Part shown: piece after piece, positions 22,001 through 32,630 of the stretch | Layout of the letters: every line of letters starts with the position of its first letter | Numbering within the stretch: the stretch's first letter is position 1 | Source of the DNA: Flammeovirgaceae bacterium | Lineage (GTDB): Bacteria > Bacteroidota > Bacteroidia > Cytophagales > Cyclobacteriaceae | Assembly (NCBI GenBank): GCA_016712035.1 | Contig: JADJRT010000009.1 | Location: 95,822 to 159,821 of the forward strand | Direction: 5' to 3' | DNA length: 64,000 nucleotides | Notes under the pieces: generated by a model | Seen by the model: the letters and a program-made list of their open reading frames with translations, nothing else | What the model was told of the DNA's origin: nothing | Databases searched by the model: none | Position numbers and translations under genes: made by a program

Positions 22001-23666
22001 GTAAAAGAAAATTTCTTTAGCCAATTAATTCCACCCGGTTCGGGCACGCCTTTTACGTTGGAGGAGACAGTCACTTCTGTTTCCGTTAAAACTTTTGGAA
22101 TGAATAACCCATCGCCACCGACCGATGCGTCAATTAAAATCAATGGTGCAGAGTATAACTTGTCGACACAAGGGCAGCCTTGCAGAAACAATACGCTTAA
22201 CTTAATTGCCTTCAATAAGCAAACGGCAATTCCGTATGCCGCCATACCCTTTATTTTTCAAGACCCAAGAACATGTGGGCGTGAGCCACAAATAATAAAC
22301 AGTTTTACATCAACTGAATTAGAAGCCGGTGACTTGAACGCTTTTGTCAATGCTGTAGGTGTTAGCGATTCGGTGGTTTTATTCTCGATTGGAAACCCAG
22401 GCTATACATCGTGGTCGGCTAATATTAAAAACAAGTTGGGTGAATTAGGTGTAGATATTTCTGTTCTCAACGATTTGCAAGCTGGCGAACCCATAGTCAT
22501 TTTTGGAAGGAAAGGTGCTGCCGCAGGCACAGCTAAGGTTTATAGATCGTTGCTTGTCCCTGCCAGCGAGCAACTCATTTCTGTGAATGGCACCATCACC
22601 GGAAGGAAGACGGAAGGCCTAATGAAATCAGTAACGATTGGACCCGCCTCGGAGTGGAAGCTCTTTAAATCGAATGTCGAGAGCCCAGAACCTGATGATG
22701 AATTTTCTTTTCCCTTTTTGGAATTTCACTTACGGGAACAGAGACTTTGTTATCGAGTGCTGTAACGAACGATTTTGATCTTTCATCGATTTCACCTTCT
22801 GAGTACCCATACCTGAAAATAGTTTTTGAGGCGCGCGATGAAGTTAATCTGACACCCGTACCATGGAAGCGTTGGGCGATTCTCTATGAGCCGATGGCGG
22901 AAGGGATTCTTATTTGGAAAGGACCCGAAGGACCGATTGTTGTTCAGGAAGGTGAGGGCTGGAGTTCGAACTTTGGGTTCGTCAACATCAGTTCAAAAAA
23001 CTTTACGGTTGATTCTGTGAAAGTGGATCTTGAGATTTTCACAAAGGAAAGTCAGAACCGGGAGAAGCAGGAATTTTTAATCAAAGCTCCGGCTGTGGGT
23101 GACACCACACTGTTTTCAGTAACATCGCCAACACTGGGTAAAGTGAAAACCAACGATGTAAACGTTTTTGTCAACAAGCGAGTAGCACCCGAACCGTATT
23201 ATGATAATAATTTTATCAGCCTGCAGAGCTATCTGATTGTGGAGGCCGATAAAACCCCGCCTGTACTCGATGTAAAATTTGATGGACGCACGCTGAAGAA
23301 CAGAGACTATGTTTCTTCAACTCCAAAAATTTTATTGACCATGGTCGATGAAAATAAATTTCGTTTAAAAACAGATACCGCGGGTATTACCTTATTGCTC
23401 AAGTATCCGTGTAGCACCAGTACGTGTTCGTTTACACGAATCCCCTTAAGTAGTAATGACCTAAAATGGTTTCCAGCAACAGCTAGTTCGGATTTCAGAA
23501 AATTGATGATGTTCAGCACTTCAACATTGGAACCAATACGCTCGCATGGGATGGACACGAAGCCACGGGCGCTTATCTTCCACGCGGAATTTATGTGTAT
23601 CGCCTTCGGATAAAGGCAGGTACGATCGAAGAATCCACGCAGGGAAAACTGGTGGTGATGAGGTAA
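19001..23666 (+). CDS. C25 family peptidase domain protein, PorU2-like T9SS protein (several indels; possible internal deletion near 23500)
   Basis: Four consecutive ORF pieces; LYNQFNYGE, YLFLIGKG, TGRL, FFGHS, INGCNAG, LLGDPA C25 motifs; final frame WDG...LPRGIYVYRL...GKLVVMR* is T9SS CTD-like. Confidence 0.8.
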
Positions 23667-23680
23667 TTTTATTTTAAAAA

Positions 23681-24150
23681 TTAATGATGATGGCCACCTG
23701 GACCATGTACATGGCCGTGCGAAATTTCTTCTGCAGTAGCAGTACGTATTTCAAGCACTTCAACAGCAAAATTTAATTCAACACCTGCCAAGGGATGATT
23801 GGCATCTACGGTAACGGAGTCAAGCCCTACTTTTGTTACAGTAACCACCTGGCCTTGGTTGGTTTGAAACTGTGTACCCACTTTTACTTCCTGATCGCCA
23901 AATGCTGAGCGTGGCACTTGTTGCACCATGTCATCGCTTTTTACACCGTATCCTTTTTCAGGACTTATCTTCAGACTAAACTTATCGCCTTGGGCTTTGC
24001 CCTCCAGGCCTTCTTCCATGCCGGGGATAAGATTACCTATGCCGTGAATGTAATGTAACGGATCGCGGCCGTCACTCGAATCGAGCACATTGCCTTGGTT
24101 ATCGGTGAGTGTGTAATGAATGCGGCTACTTTGTTTTTAGTGATTTGCAT
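23681..24150 (-). CDS. slyD: FKBP-type peptidyl-prolyl isomerase SlyD
   Basis: HYTLTD..G.VLDSS, YIHGIGNLIPGMEEGL, VDANHPLAG..LNF, His-rich tail HGHVHGPGGHHH; start ATG 24150 with indel near 24130. Confidence 0.9.
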
Positions 24151-24356
24151 ACTAGTTTTTGTTTGCAGAAATACCCATTGCAATATTGGGTATTTCTGAG
24201 TTAGAAAAAGTTAATTTGATTCTGAATCAAAGTTGTTTGTTGCCTTATTCAATTCAGAAAACGCCACAAATATCGAATTTTTTTCTATAGAGATGGTAAT
24301 ACATATGTATTTTGAAATTGTCACGGGTAAGCTGCAAAATTCGTTGTTGAAAAATA

Positions 24357-24387
24357 AAAGAGCTTTCAGAAAAATCTGAAAGCTCTT
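24357..24387 (-). terminator. Intrinsic terminator after tRNA-Leu
   Basis: AAGAGCTTTCAGA...TCTGAAAGCTCTT stem followed by T-rich run on the minus strand. Confidence 0.75.
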
Positions 24388-24390
24388 CAG

Positions 24391-24472
24391 TACCTCAGGC
24401 CGGAATCGAACCGGCACACCTTACGGTACACGATTTTGAGTCGTGCGCGTCTACCAATTCCGCCACTAAGGC
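24391..24472 (-). tRNA. tRNA-Leu (CAA)
   Basis: Reverse complement GCCTTAGTGGCGGAATTGGTAGACGCGCACGACT-CAA-AATCGTGTACCGTAAGGTGTGCCGGTTCGATTCCGGCCTGAGGTA; long variable arm, TTCGA loop, CCA not encoded. Confidence 0.96.
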
Positions 24473-24591
24473 ATTCATAGTAAGATTGTTGGGTAAACGA
24501 AACAATCAAGAAGCCCCCATCATTCCGCTTTAAGCGCTGGTAATTAATGATTAGGGATGCAAATATGGGCAAACTTTGAATTTTTAACAAT

Positions 24592-24881
24592 TCAGAGTTC
24601 TATAAATTTCTTTAAAGAAAAGGCTTGTGTTCTTTCTGAGAATAAGGTTTTTACGCGACCCCATACCTTGCCAAATAATTCCGACTTCCGGTAGTTTTCA
24701 GACTTTGGGCCTCATTCCAATGGCTAAGTGTTGTATAACAGCATGTCTTCTAGCATCCTTTAGCAATTGCAAATGTTCGCACCCCGGAAAATTGCGAATA
24801 GCTCTTATTTTGATTGAAAATTTCAAGAAACTCCTCAACACCCGCTTCCGTAAAATGCATCCTTACAATCCGTATTATCAT
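24592..24881 (-). CDS. ABM-domain (putative quinol) monooxygenase, not in ORF track because of indels
   Basis: Manual translation MIIRIVRMHFTEAGVEEFLEIFNQNK..IRNFPGCEHLQLLKD...HW...SLENYRKSELFGKVWGRVKTLFSERTQAFSL. Confidence 0.8.
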
Positions 24882-24963
24882 AGCGTAGTTTTTTATGTTT
24901 AGTCTTGGGTTCCTTTTCAAATTATTACTAACTACTCAGGACGTGACTCATTATCCACATCCT

Positions 24964-25740
24964 CTAGCCTTCATCAAACGTAACATTTACCGGGCTATCG
25001 TATTGTAAGCCCAGCAGTTCGCTGGCATTGCCTTTATAAATCCCTATTTCCAATAAGTTCTGACTATTAAAAATCAAAAAGCAATCGCCTTGTTCGGTTT
25101 GAAAATAATTGGTGTGTATGCGTCTAAACTTTTCGCCACCAAACTGAATGGTATACGGCCGATCTTTGGTAAGAATGTCAAAATCGTTTTTAGCGATGTT
25201 GGTGATCAGGTTTCCATAATTATCGACCCGCAATACATGGCCGGCAATAATGCGTTTGGTTGCCTTCACCTGCCGATTCATCATTTTGCGGTAGGCAGGT
25301 AATGCAGTACCTAATGTGGTAATGGCTACACCACTGGCGAGTCGTGCAGCCGCGGGCGCTAATATGTCCTTTTCAGGAAAGGTGGTTTCCAGTGGATTCA
25401 CAGTGTTAAGCTGTACCGCTTGTTGATGATTCTGATCACTGATTAGTCCAAACAAACCATTATCAACACCTACAAAAAAATGATCCTCCAGTTGTAAGGC
25501 AAGAAAGATATCATCGCGGTTGCCGGCAGCATCTACGCCTACCAGGTGCACCGTACTTTTTGGGAAATCACGAAAGACCGATTTGAGGACATAAGCTCCA
25601 TGTGCGATATCGCAAGCGGCTATAGCATGACTGATGTCGATCAGATTAAGCTCGGGATTGATACCTAAAATTTTGGCTTTCATAGCCCCCACATAGTGGT
25701 CGCTTTCTCCGCTGTCTGTAAGAAGGGTTATGATGGCCAT
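24964..25740 (-). CDS. SAM hydrolase / chlorinase-fluorinase (DUF62) family protein
   Basis: IITLLTD.G..DHYVGAMK, IDISH, FVGVDNGLF, VDNYGNLITNI, LEIGIYKGNASELLGL. Confidence 0.88.
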   Translation of the reverse strand: MAIITLLTDSGESDHYVGAMKAKILGINPELNLIDISHAIAACDIAHGAYVLKSVFRDFPKSTVHLVGVDAAGNRDDIFLALQLEDHFFVGVDNGLFGLISDQNHQQAVQLNTVNPLETTFPEKDILAPAAARLASGVAITTLGTALPAYRKMMNRQVKATKRIIAGHVLRVDNYGNLITNIAKNDFDILTKDRPYTIQFGGEKFRRIHTNYFQTEQGDCFLIFNSQNLLEIGIYKGNASELLGLQYDSPVNVTFDEG

Positions 25741-25834
25741 TCGTGAACTTTATACCGGGCCCATGTTTTTGGCTTGGGCCGGATTTGATTACTTTTATGA
25801 TTCAAAAATAATTTATTTCAACCACATTACTTCA

Positions 25835-26791
25835 TTGATAGAAAAAACGATTACGCTCGAGAATATTCCACTCACCGATTTCCTGGGTGTGGAAAATAAA
25901 AACATCACCGAACTGGCTGCGGCTTTCCCGAAAAGTAAAATTATTTCCCGTGGCAACGAAATTCTGATTAAGGGCGAAGGCCCAGATATTATCCAGATCA
26001 CCGATATTCTTAATTCACTCATGGATCACTTTCACCAGTTTGGTCGAGTGAATGAGGAAAACGTGCGAGGCTACATCACACAGGAACGCCAGGAGTTCAT
26101 TCCTGAAGATGCACCGGACGGCATTATACTTTATGGAACCAGAGGGTCAGCTATTAAACCCAAAACGGTCAACCAACAGAAACTGGTAAAAGCAATAAAG
26201 GATTTTGATTTGGTGTTTGCGTTGGGCCCGGCAGGAACCGGTAAAACCTTTGTGTCGGTGGCCATGGCCATAAAAGCGCTAAAGAATAAGCAGGTTAAGA
26301 AGATTATTATTACGCGTCCGGCCGTGGAAGCAGGCGAGAACCTCGGATTTCTTCCGGGTGATTTGAAAGAAAAGATTGATCCATACCTGCGCCCTATTTA
26401 TGATGCCCTCAACGACATGGTGCCTCATGAAAAACTGAAGTATTATATGGAGCGCGAGATAATTGAAATTGCCCCGTTGGCTTATATGCGGGGACGGACT
26501 TTGCACAATGCATTTATCCTGTTGGATGAAGCACAGAACACAACACCCATGCAAATGAAAATGTTTCTTACGCGCATGGGTCCGGATTCAAAAATGGTTG
26601 TGACAGGCGATACTTCGCAGATCGACTTGCCTTCCAATCAGCGTTCCGGACTTAAAGAAGCTGTCCGTATTTTGAATGAAGTTAAAGGAATTGGATTTGT
26701 TGAACTTAATGAACGCGATGTTGTGCGCCACAAATTGGTGCGCGATATTATTGAAGCGTATGGAAAAGTAAATCCCTCTGGTCAAACCTAA
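25835..26791 (+). CDS. phoH: PhoH family ATPase
   Basis: GPAGTGKT, TRPAVEAGENLGFLPGDLKEK, PLAYMRGRTL, DEAQN, DVVRH; likely TTG start near 25835. Confidence 0.93.
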   Translation: MIEKTITLENIPLTDFLGVENKNITELAAAFPKSKIISRGNEILIKGEGPDIIQITDILNSLMDHFHQFGRVNEENVRGYITQERQEFIPEDAPDGIILYGTRGSAIKPKTVNQQKLVKAIKDFDLVFALGPAGTGKTFVSVAMAIKALKNKQVKKIIITRPAVEAGENLGFLPGDLKEKIDPYLRPIYDALNDMVPHEKLKYYMEREIIEIAPLAYMRGRTLHNAFILLDEAQNTTPMQMKMFLTRMGPDSKMVVTGDTSQIDLPSNQRSGLKEAVRILNEVKGIGFVELNERDVVRHKLVRDIIEAYGKVNPSGQT

Positions 26792-26801
26792 TTATATTTT
26801 T

Positions 26802-27095
26802 ATGCCTGCCTACATTATTGTTGAAGTAACGGTTCACAATCCTGCCGAATATGAAGATTACAAAAAGCTTACTCCCGGTTCGTTAAAGAACTTTCAGGGC
26901 AAGTTTATTGTGCGGGGAGGTAAAACCGAATCACTGGAAGGCGAATGGAATCCACAGCGTATTGTTGTTTTGGAATTTCCAACCATGGCGCTAGCCAAAA
27001 GCTGGTGGGCTTCGGAAGAATACGCGCCTGCCAAAGCGTTGCGTCAGCGAACCGCGCACACCAAAATGATTATGGTGGAGGGATTTGAAGGTTGA
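26802..27095 (+). CDS. DUF1330 domain protein
   Basis: GKFIVRGG..ESLEGEW...RIVVLEFP...AKSWWASEEY...R pattern. Confidence 0.85.
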   Translation: MPAYIIVEVTVHNPAEYEDYKKLTPGSLKNFQGKFIVRGGKTESLEGEWNPQRIVVLEFPTMALAKSWWASEEYAPAKALRQRTAHTKMIMVEGFEG

Positions 27096-27163
27096 TATAT
27101 TGATCGGACCTTATTTCTGAATACACCATTTCTGCGTTAACTTCGTGAGTATTCCTCAGGTTA

Positions 27164-29718
27164 ATGAATTGGTATCAACGAACAATAAGCGAAACCTTTC
27201 AGGCATTAAACGCTTCTCTAGATGGTTTGAGCCAAATCTCCGTACAGCAAAAACAAAGCGAGTACGGAAAAAACGAGTTAAAGGCTCAGGATAAAAAAGC
27301 GGCTTGGCAAATTTTTCTTGCTCAGTTCACCGAGGTGATGATCCTGATACTATTGGCTGCCGCGGCAATTTCATTCCTTATTGGTGACGCGCAAGATGCT
27401 ATTATCATATTGGTAATAGTTGCGCTTAATGCCTTGGTAGGATTTGTACAGGAATATAATGCCGAGAAAGCGATCGAGCATCTGAAGAAGCTATCTTCTT
27501 CGAAGGCTGAGGTGGTTCGCGAGGGTCGTGTGTTTACCATTCCTGCTTCTGAATTAGTGCCTGGCGATATTATCCGTTTGGATGCTGGGGATGGCGTGCC
27601 GCAGATGCACGACTTGTGGAAGCACATGGACTGAAAATAGAGGAAGCTTCTTTAACCGGAGAGTCATTTCCGGTTGAAAAAAAATTGGAAGCAATACTCA
27701 ATAATAATGTTTCACCAGGAGACCAATTAAATATGGTATTCAAATCCACGTGGGTGAGTAGTGGCAGAGCCATAGCTGTGGTAGTTGCCACGGGCATGCA
27801 AACTGAAATTGGAAAGATTGCCTCTATGCTACAACAGGAAGAGGTTAAAACTCCACTCCAGATTAAACTGCTGGATTTCAGTAAAAAACTTTCGATTGTG
27901 ATCGCATTGATTTGTGTAATCATTTATGGTGCAGGGATACTTCGGGGTGAAGACCATATTCGAATGTTAATGACCGCCATCTCTGTAGCTGTAGCCGCCA
28001 TTCCAGAAGCGCTACCTGCGGTAATTACTGTCGCGCTTGCTTTGGGGGCTAGAAGGATGGTAACCAAGAAAGCCTTGATCAGAAAATTACCCGCGGTTGA
28101 AACGCTGGGCTCCATAAATTATATCTGTACGGATAAAACCGGAACACTCACCCAAAATAAGATGACGGTTCGTGAGATATGGACACCTGAACGCGATCCG
28201 ATGATTGAAATGCCTGGGGTAGACTCATTGCATTTGGCAATGAGTCTTAATCAAGACACTCTACAAAGCGGCAAAGAAATTGTTGGGGACGCTACCGAAA
28301 TAGCAGCAGTGCAATATGCTTGTGATCAGAATAAGGATCTCATAAAGTCCCTTGTTTTGTTTCCAAGACTAAATGAAATCCCTTTCGAAAGTGAACGGAG
28401 AATGATGACAACCATTCATCAATACCAGGATCAATACTTGGTGATAACAAAAGGGGCCGTTGAATCAATTATTTCGAGATGTACAGAATCAAATAGAACG
28501 GAAATACTTGCCAAGGCAGATGTGATGGCTGAAGATGGAATGCGTACGCTTGCCTATGCTTGTAAACTAATAACCCAACTACCGTTAAATCCAATTAAGG
28601 ATTATGAGATTGAATCCGATCTTCAATTTATTGGACTAATCGGTATGATAGACCCACCCCGCCCAGAAGTACTTCAAGCAGTAAAGGAATGCCGGGAGGC
28701 GGGTATAATACCTGTGATGATTACGGGCGATCATTCAAAAACGGCAACTACCATTGCCCGAGAGGTTGGCATCATGGAGCCAAAAGACAATATCCTTACG
28801 GGAACAGAAATGGCAAGTATGACTTTTGAGCAACTTAGCGCCAAAGTTGAAAGCGTTCGAGTGTATGCCCGTGTGAGTGCTGAACAAAAATTGACCATAG
28901 TCAGAACTTTGCAATCACGAGGGCACTATGTGGCCATGACGGGCGATGGGGTAAATGATGCACCATCTTTAAAAATGGCCAACATTGGCGTGGCGATGGG
29001 AGTTACAGGTACTGATGTATCTAAACAAGCAGCAGATATGATTCTGCTTGACGATAACTTTGCCACAATTGTTAAGGCAATCCGGGAAGGTCGTAGAATT
29101 TTTGACAACATTCAGAAGTTCATCCGATACATTATGTCCGGGAATGCAGGTGAGATCTGGACTATCCTTTTAGCTCCCTTAGCTGGCCTTCCTATTCCTT
29201 TGTTACCCATTCATATTTTATGGATTAATCTGGTAACGGATGGACTCCCAAGTCTTGCGCTGGCCAATGAACCAGCCGAGTTAAATATTATGAAGCGACC
29301 ACCGCGTGGTAAAGAAACAAATGTTTTTTCCGGAGGGGTAGCTATGCATATTTTGTGGGTTGGACTATTGATTGGTGCTTTGTGTTTAGGGATTCAGGCG
29401 TACGCGATTAATCAAGGGATTACACATTGGCAAACTATGGTGTTTACTGCGCTATCACTTTGTCAGTTGGCGCATGTTATTGCTATTCGAAGTTCCGATA
29501 CCTTTATTTATAAGCACGGATTTTTCAAAAATCAGATTTTATTACTAACGGTATTAGCTACAATTGTGCTGCAATTAGTAATTGTCTATGTTCCTTTCAT
29601 GCAAGGTATTTTTCATACGGCCAGCCTTTCTCTTGTTGAATTACTGATTTGTTTTGCCGCGGCTGTGGTTGTGTTTCATGCTGTTGAGATTGAAAAGTGG
29701 ATTCGCCAGCCGAAATAA
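27164..29718 (+). CDS. Cation-transporting P-type ATPase (Ca2+-type, P2A), indel near 27600
   Basis: LTGES, IPEALP, ICTDKTGTLT phosphorylation site, MITGD, TGDGVNDAP, WINLVTDG. Confidence 0.92.
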
Positions 29719-29767
29719 CGCTGAGATCGCGTATTGTTTTGCACGAACCCGATAAGTAAATTCACTC

Positions 29768-31841
29768 ATGCTAAGTTGGGTGCCGTTTGCCATGGTGCGT
29801 ATCGTATTATTTCTGTCTGCAGGAATTTTACTGGCCATCTATAATCCTGAATCCATCGATGAAAATATCTTGCTACTGGTACTGGCCATTCTTTGCATAT
29901 TATTTTTCGTATCTTTTTTGCTTTCCGATCAAAGCGCATCATAAAACCCGTAAGCGGAGTTTTAGGGTTAGTCTTCGTATTTTTGTTTGGATACTTGCAT
30001 CTTCACCTGAATACTCAAAAGAGAAATCAAGATCATCTTCTTAATGAAAAGGATCGCATTGTTGCTTACGAGGCAATTGTTCGCACAGCGCCCGAGTCAA
30101 AAGCCCGATCGTGGAAAATTCAGGTTGAAGTAGTTCAAATAAAAACAGATCAATGGAAGCCTGTGAGCGGGCAGGTGATGGTTTATGTTTCCAAAAAATC
30201 AATTGATAAAGTACCCTGGTTGTATGGAGATCGCTTGTTAATTAAAGGATCGCCCAACGAATTAACGCCTCCGGCCAATCCGGAAGAATTTAATTTTAAG
30301 CGCTTCCTCAGTTTTCGCAATATCTACCATCAACAGTTTATCATGGCCGATCAGATTCAGTTGATCGATCATGCCAAACGCAATGGTTTTCTCTATTACT
30401 CACATCAAGTGCGGGCGTGGGCAACTAATATTTTAAGAACCTACATACCCGGTGAGCAACAACAAGCAATCGCTATGGCCTTGGTGTTAGGCGTTACAGA
30501 GGGAATTGATACCGATCTTCAAAGTGCGTATGCGGCCAGTGGTGCCATGCATGTATTGGCCGTTTCGGGTTTGCATGTGGGTATTATCTATGCAATAATT
30601 TTGGTGCTATTTAAGCCTCTCAAAAGATTTGCGTGGAGCCGGTGGGTTATTGCTGTTATCAGTATTTTACTTCTTTGGATTTTTGCTTTTGTAACGGGTT
30701 TATCGCCTTCCGTATTACGAGCCGTAACCATGTTTTCTTTTATTGCCTTCGCACGACCTTTGGGGTGGCGAACCAATATCTACAATACGCTGGCAGCTTC
30801 GGCCTTTGTTTTGTTGCTCTATAATCCATACTTGATTATGTCGGTAGGGTTTCAGTTGTCGTACCTCGCGGTGTTGGGTATTGTTTACCTGCAGCGACCT
30901 ATTTATAATTTAATAGAAATTGAAAATCGCGTAGGGGATTGGATCTGCAGATTACCTGTGTATCCATAGCAGCGCAAATAGCCACGTTCGCTTTGGGCAT
31001 GTTGTACTTCCATCAGTTTCCGGTTTACTTTTTAATTTCCAACTTGTTTGTAATTCCCTTAGCAACCTTAGTTCTCGTTGGGGGTGTTCTATTGTTATTG
31101 GTTAGTTCAATTTCCAGCTTAGCTACCTTATTAGGCATTGGCTTACAGGGCTTGATTCAACTCTTAAACTGGCTTGTATTTAAAACGGAAGCTTTGCCTT
31201 TTAGTCTGATCAGTGAAATTTATCTAACCACATTTCAATGCTGGTTGATTATAGGCCTGTTATTATTTCTAGTAGCGATGATTCAATATCGATCCATCAA
31301 CGGATTGTATGGCGGAATGGCGCTTATGATTATTTTGATCTTCACACAATTCAATCATTTCACAAAAGATGTCAATCAAAAGCAGTTTGTGATCTATAGC
31401 GTTTCGGGTCACTCGGCCATGGAGTGGATGGATAAGGGTGTAAGTTATTTTAAGTCTGACTCTTTGCTTCCGCAGGATAAGGAACGAATTCGATTTCATA
31501 TCCGGCCCAACCGATTAAAGCGTGGAGTAAGGTTAGTTAATACATCTATTCCGTTTGAGAAGGAGATAGCTCAAAACATGGAAGTTTTACCTTTGGCAAA
31601 ACAACAAGATTCTATTTGTCTCGAACAAGAACGCGCAGTTACCACAGAATGCTAAAATAGATTACCTTGTTGTGGCAAAAATTCAATTCCGGTGAATACA
31701 GAACTTGATCGACTTGGTGTAAAGAAATTGATATTAGATGGCAGTAATTCGCGGAGTTACTTAAATCGTTGGCAACAATCTTCCGATTCGATACTGGTAC
31801 ATGCTGTGATTGATAAGGGTGCGTTTGTGTTAAATGAATAA
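29768..31841 (+). CDS. comEC: ComEC/Rec2 family competence protein (several indels)
   Basis: PPANPEEFNF, SGAMHVLAVSGLHVG, SPSVLRA.TM, VGFQLSYLAV, YFHQFP. Confidence 0.88.
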
Positions 31842-31844
31842 AGA

Positions 31845-32630
31845 ATGAGTTTAGTTGAATATTCAGTTAAGGAGCGGGTAGGGTACGTCATCTTAAACAG
31901 GCCCGAGAAGAGAAATGCTTTAAGTCATGAGCTGGTAAGCGAATTAAAAATAAATTTCGAAAGAGCAGAACAGGATCAGAACAAGTAAAAGTGATTGTGC
32001 TAAAAGCGCATGGCGACTCATTTTTGTGCCGGAGCCGATCTCGGCTATCTGCAACAACTTCAAAATTTTTCTTACGAAGAGAATTTGGCCGACTCTCATC
32101 ATCTGAAAGATTTGTTTCTTAAAATATACACACTAAAGAAAGTAGTTATCGCACAAGTGCAGGGTCATGCTTTAGCGGGCGGCTGCGGCTTGGCTACCGT
32201 CTGCGATTTTGCTTTTGCCGTGCCCGAGGCAAAGTTCGGTTATACCGAAGTTCGGATTGGATTTATCCCGGCACTGGTAGCTGTTTTTCTGGTTCGCAAA
32301 ATTGGAGAACAAAAGGCTCGACAACTTTTGCTTACAGGTGAAATTATCAAAGCACAGGAGGCCTTCGAGCGAGGTTTGGTAACAAAGCTTGTATCGGCTG
32401 CAGAATTGGATTCATCCGTTTTTGATTTTGCGCAAAACCTCATTCAATCAAACTCGACCCAATCGATGCAACTTACCAAACAACTGATTGCCGATGTTCA
32501 AGGCAAGTCATTAACTGACGCCTTAGATATGGCGGCCGCACTCAATGCTAAAGCCGCGCTGCAAAAGGAAGGCTTTTGAAAAAGGCTGGTAATAGCCAGC
32601 GTTTTAAGTAAGGAAAAACTATCCTGGTGA
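31845..32630 (+). CDS. Enoyl-CoA hydratase/isomerase (methylglutaconyl-CoA hydratase-like), indels
   Basis: MSLVEY...LNRPEKRNALS; FCAGADL; GHALAGGCGLATVCDF; FGYTEVRIGFIPA. Confidence 0.87.

Noticed and set aside
24391-24472. tRNA-Leu as an integration site for an island or prophage
   Set aside because: No integrase and no duplicated tRNA 3' end were seen; the flanks are housekeeping genes.
24211-24902. ORF-track entries 24211-24417, 24387-24590 and 24627-24902
   Set aside because: They overlap the tRNA and its terminator, or are antisense to the ABM gene; spurious.
24964-25740. Halogenase (fluorinase/chlorinase) biosynthetic cluster
   Set aside because: DUF62 proteins are mostly SAM hydroxide adenosyltransferases, and the context is phoH and tRNA housekeeping with no biosynthetic genes.
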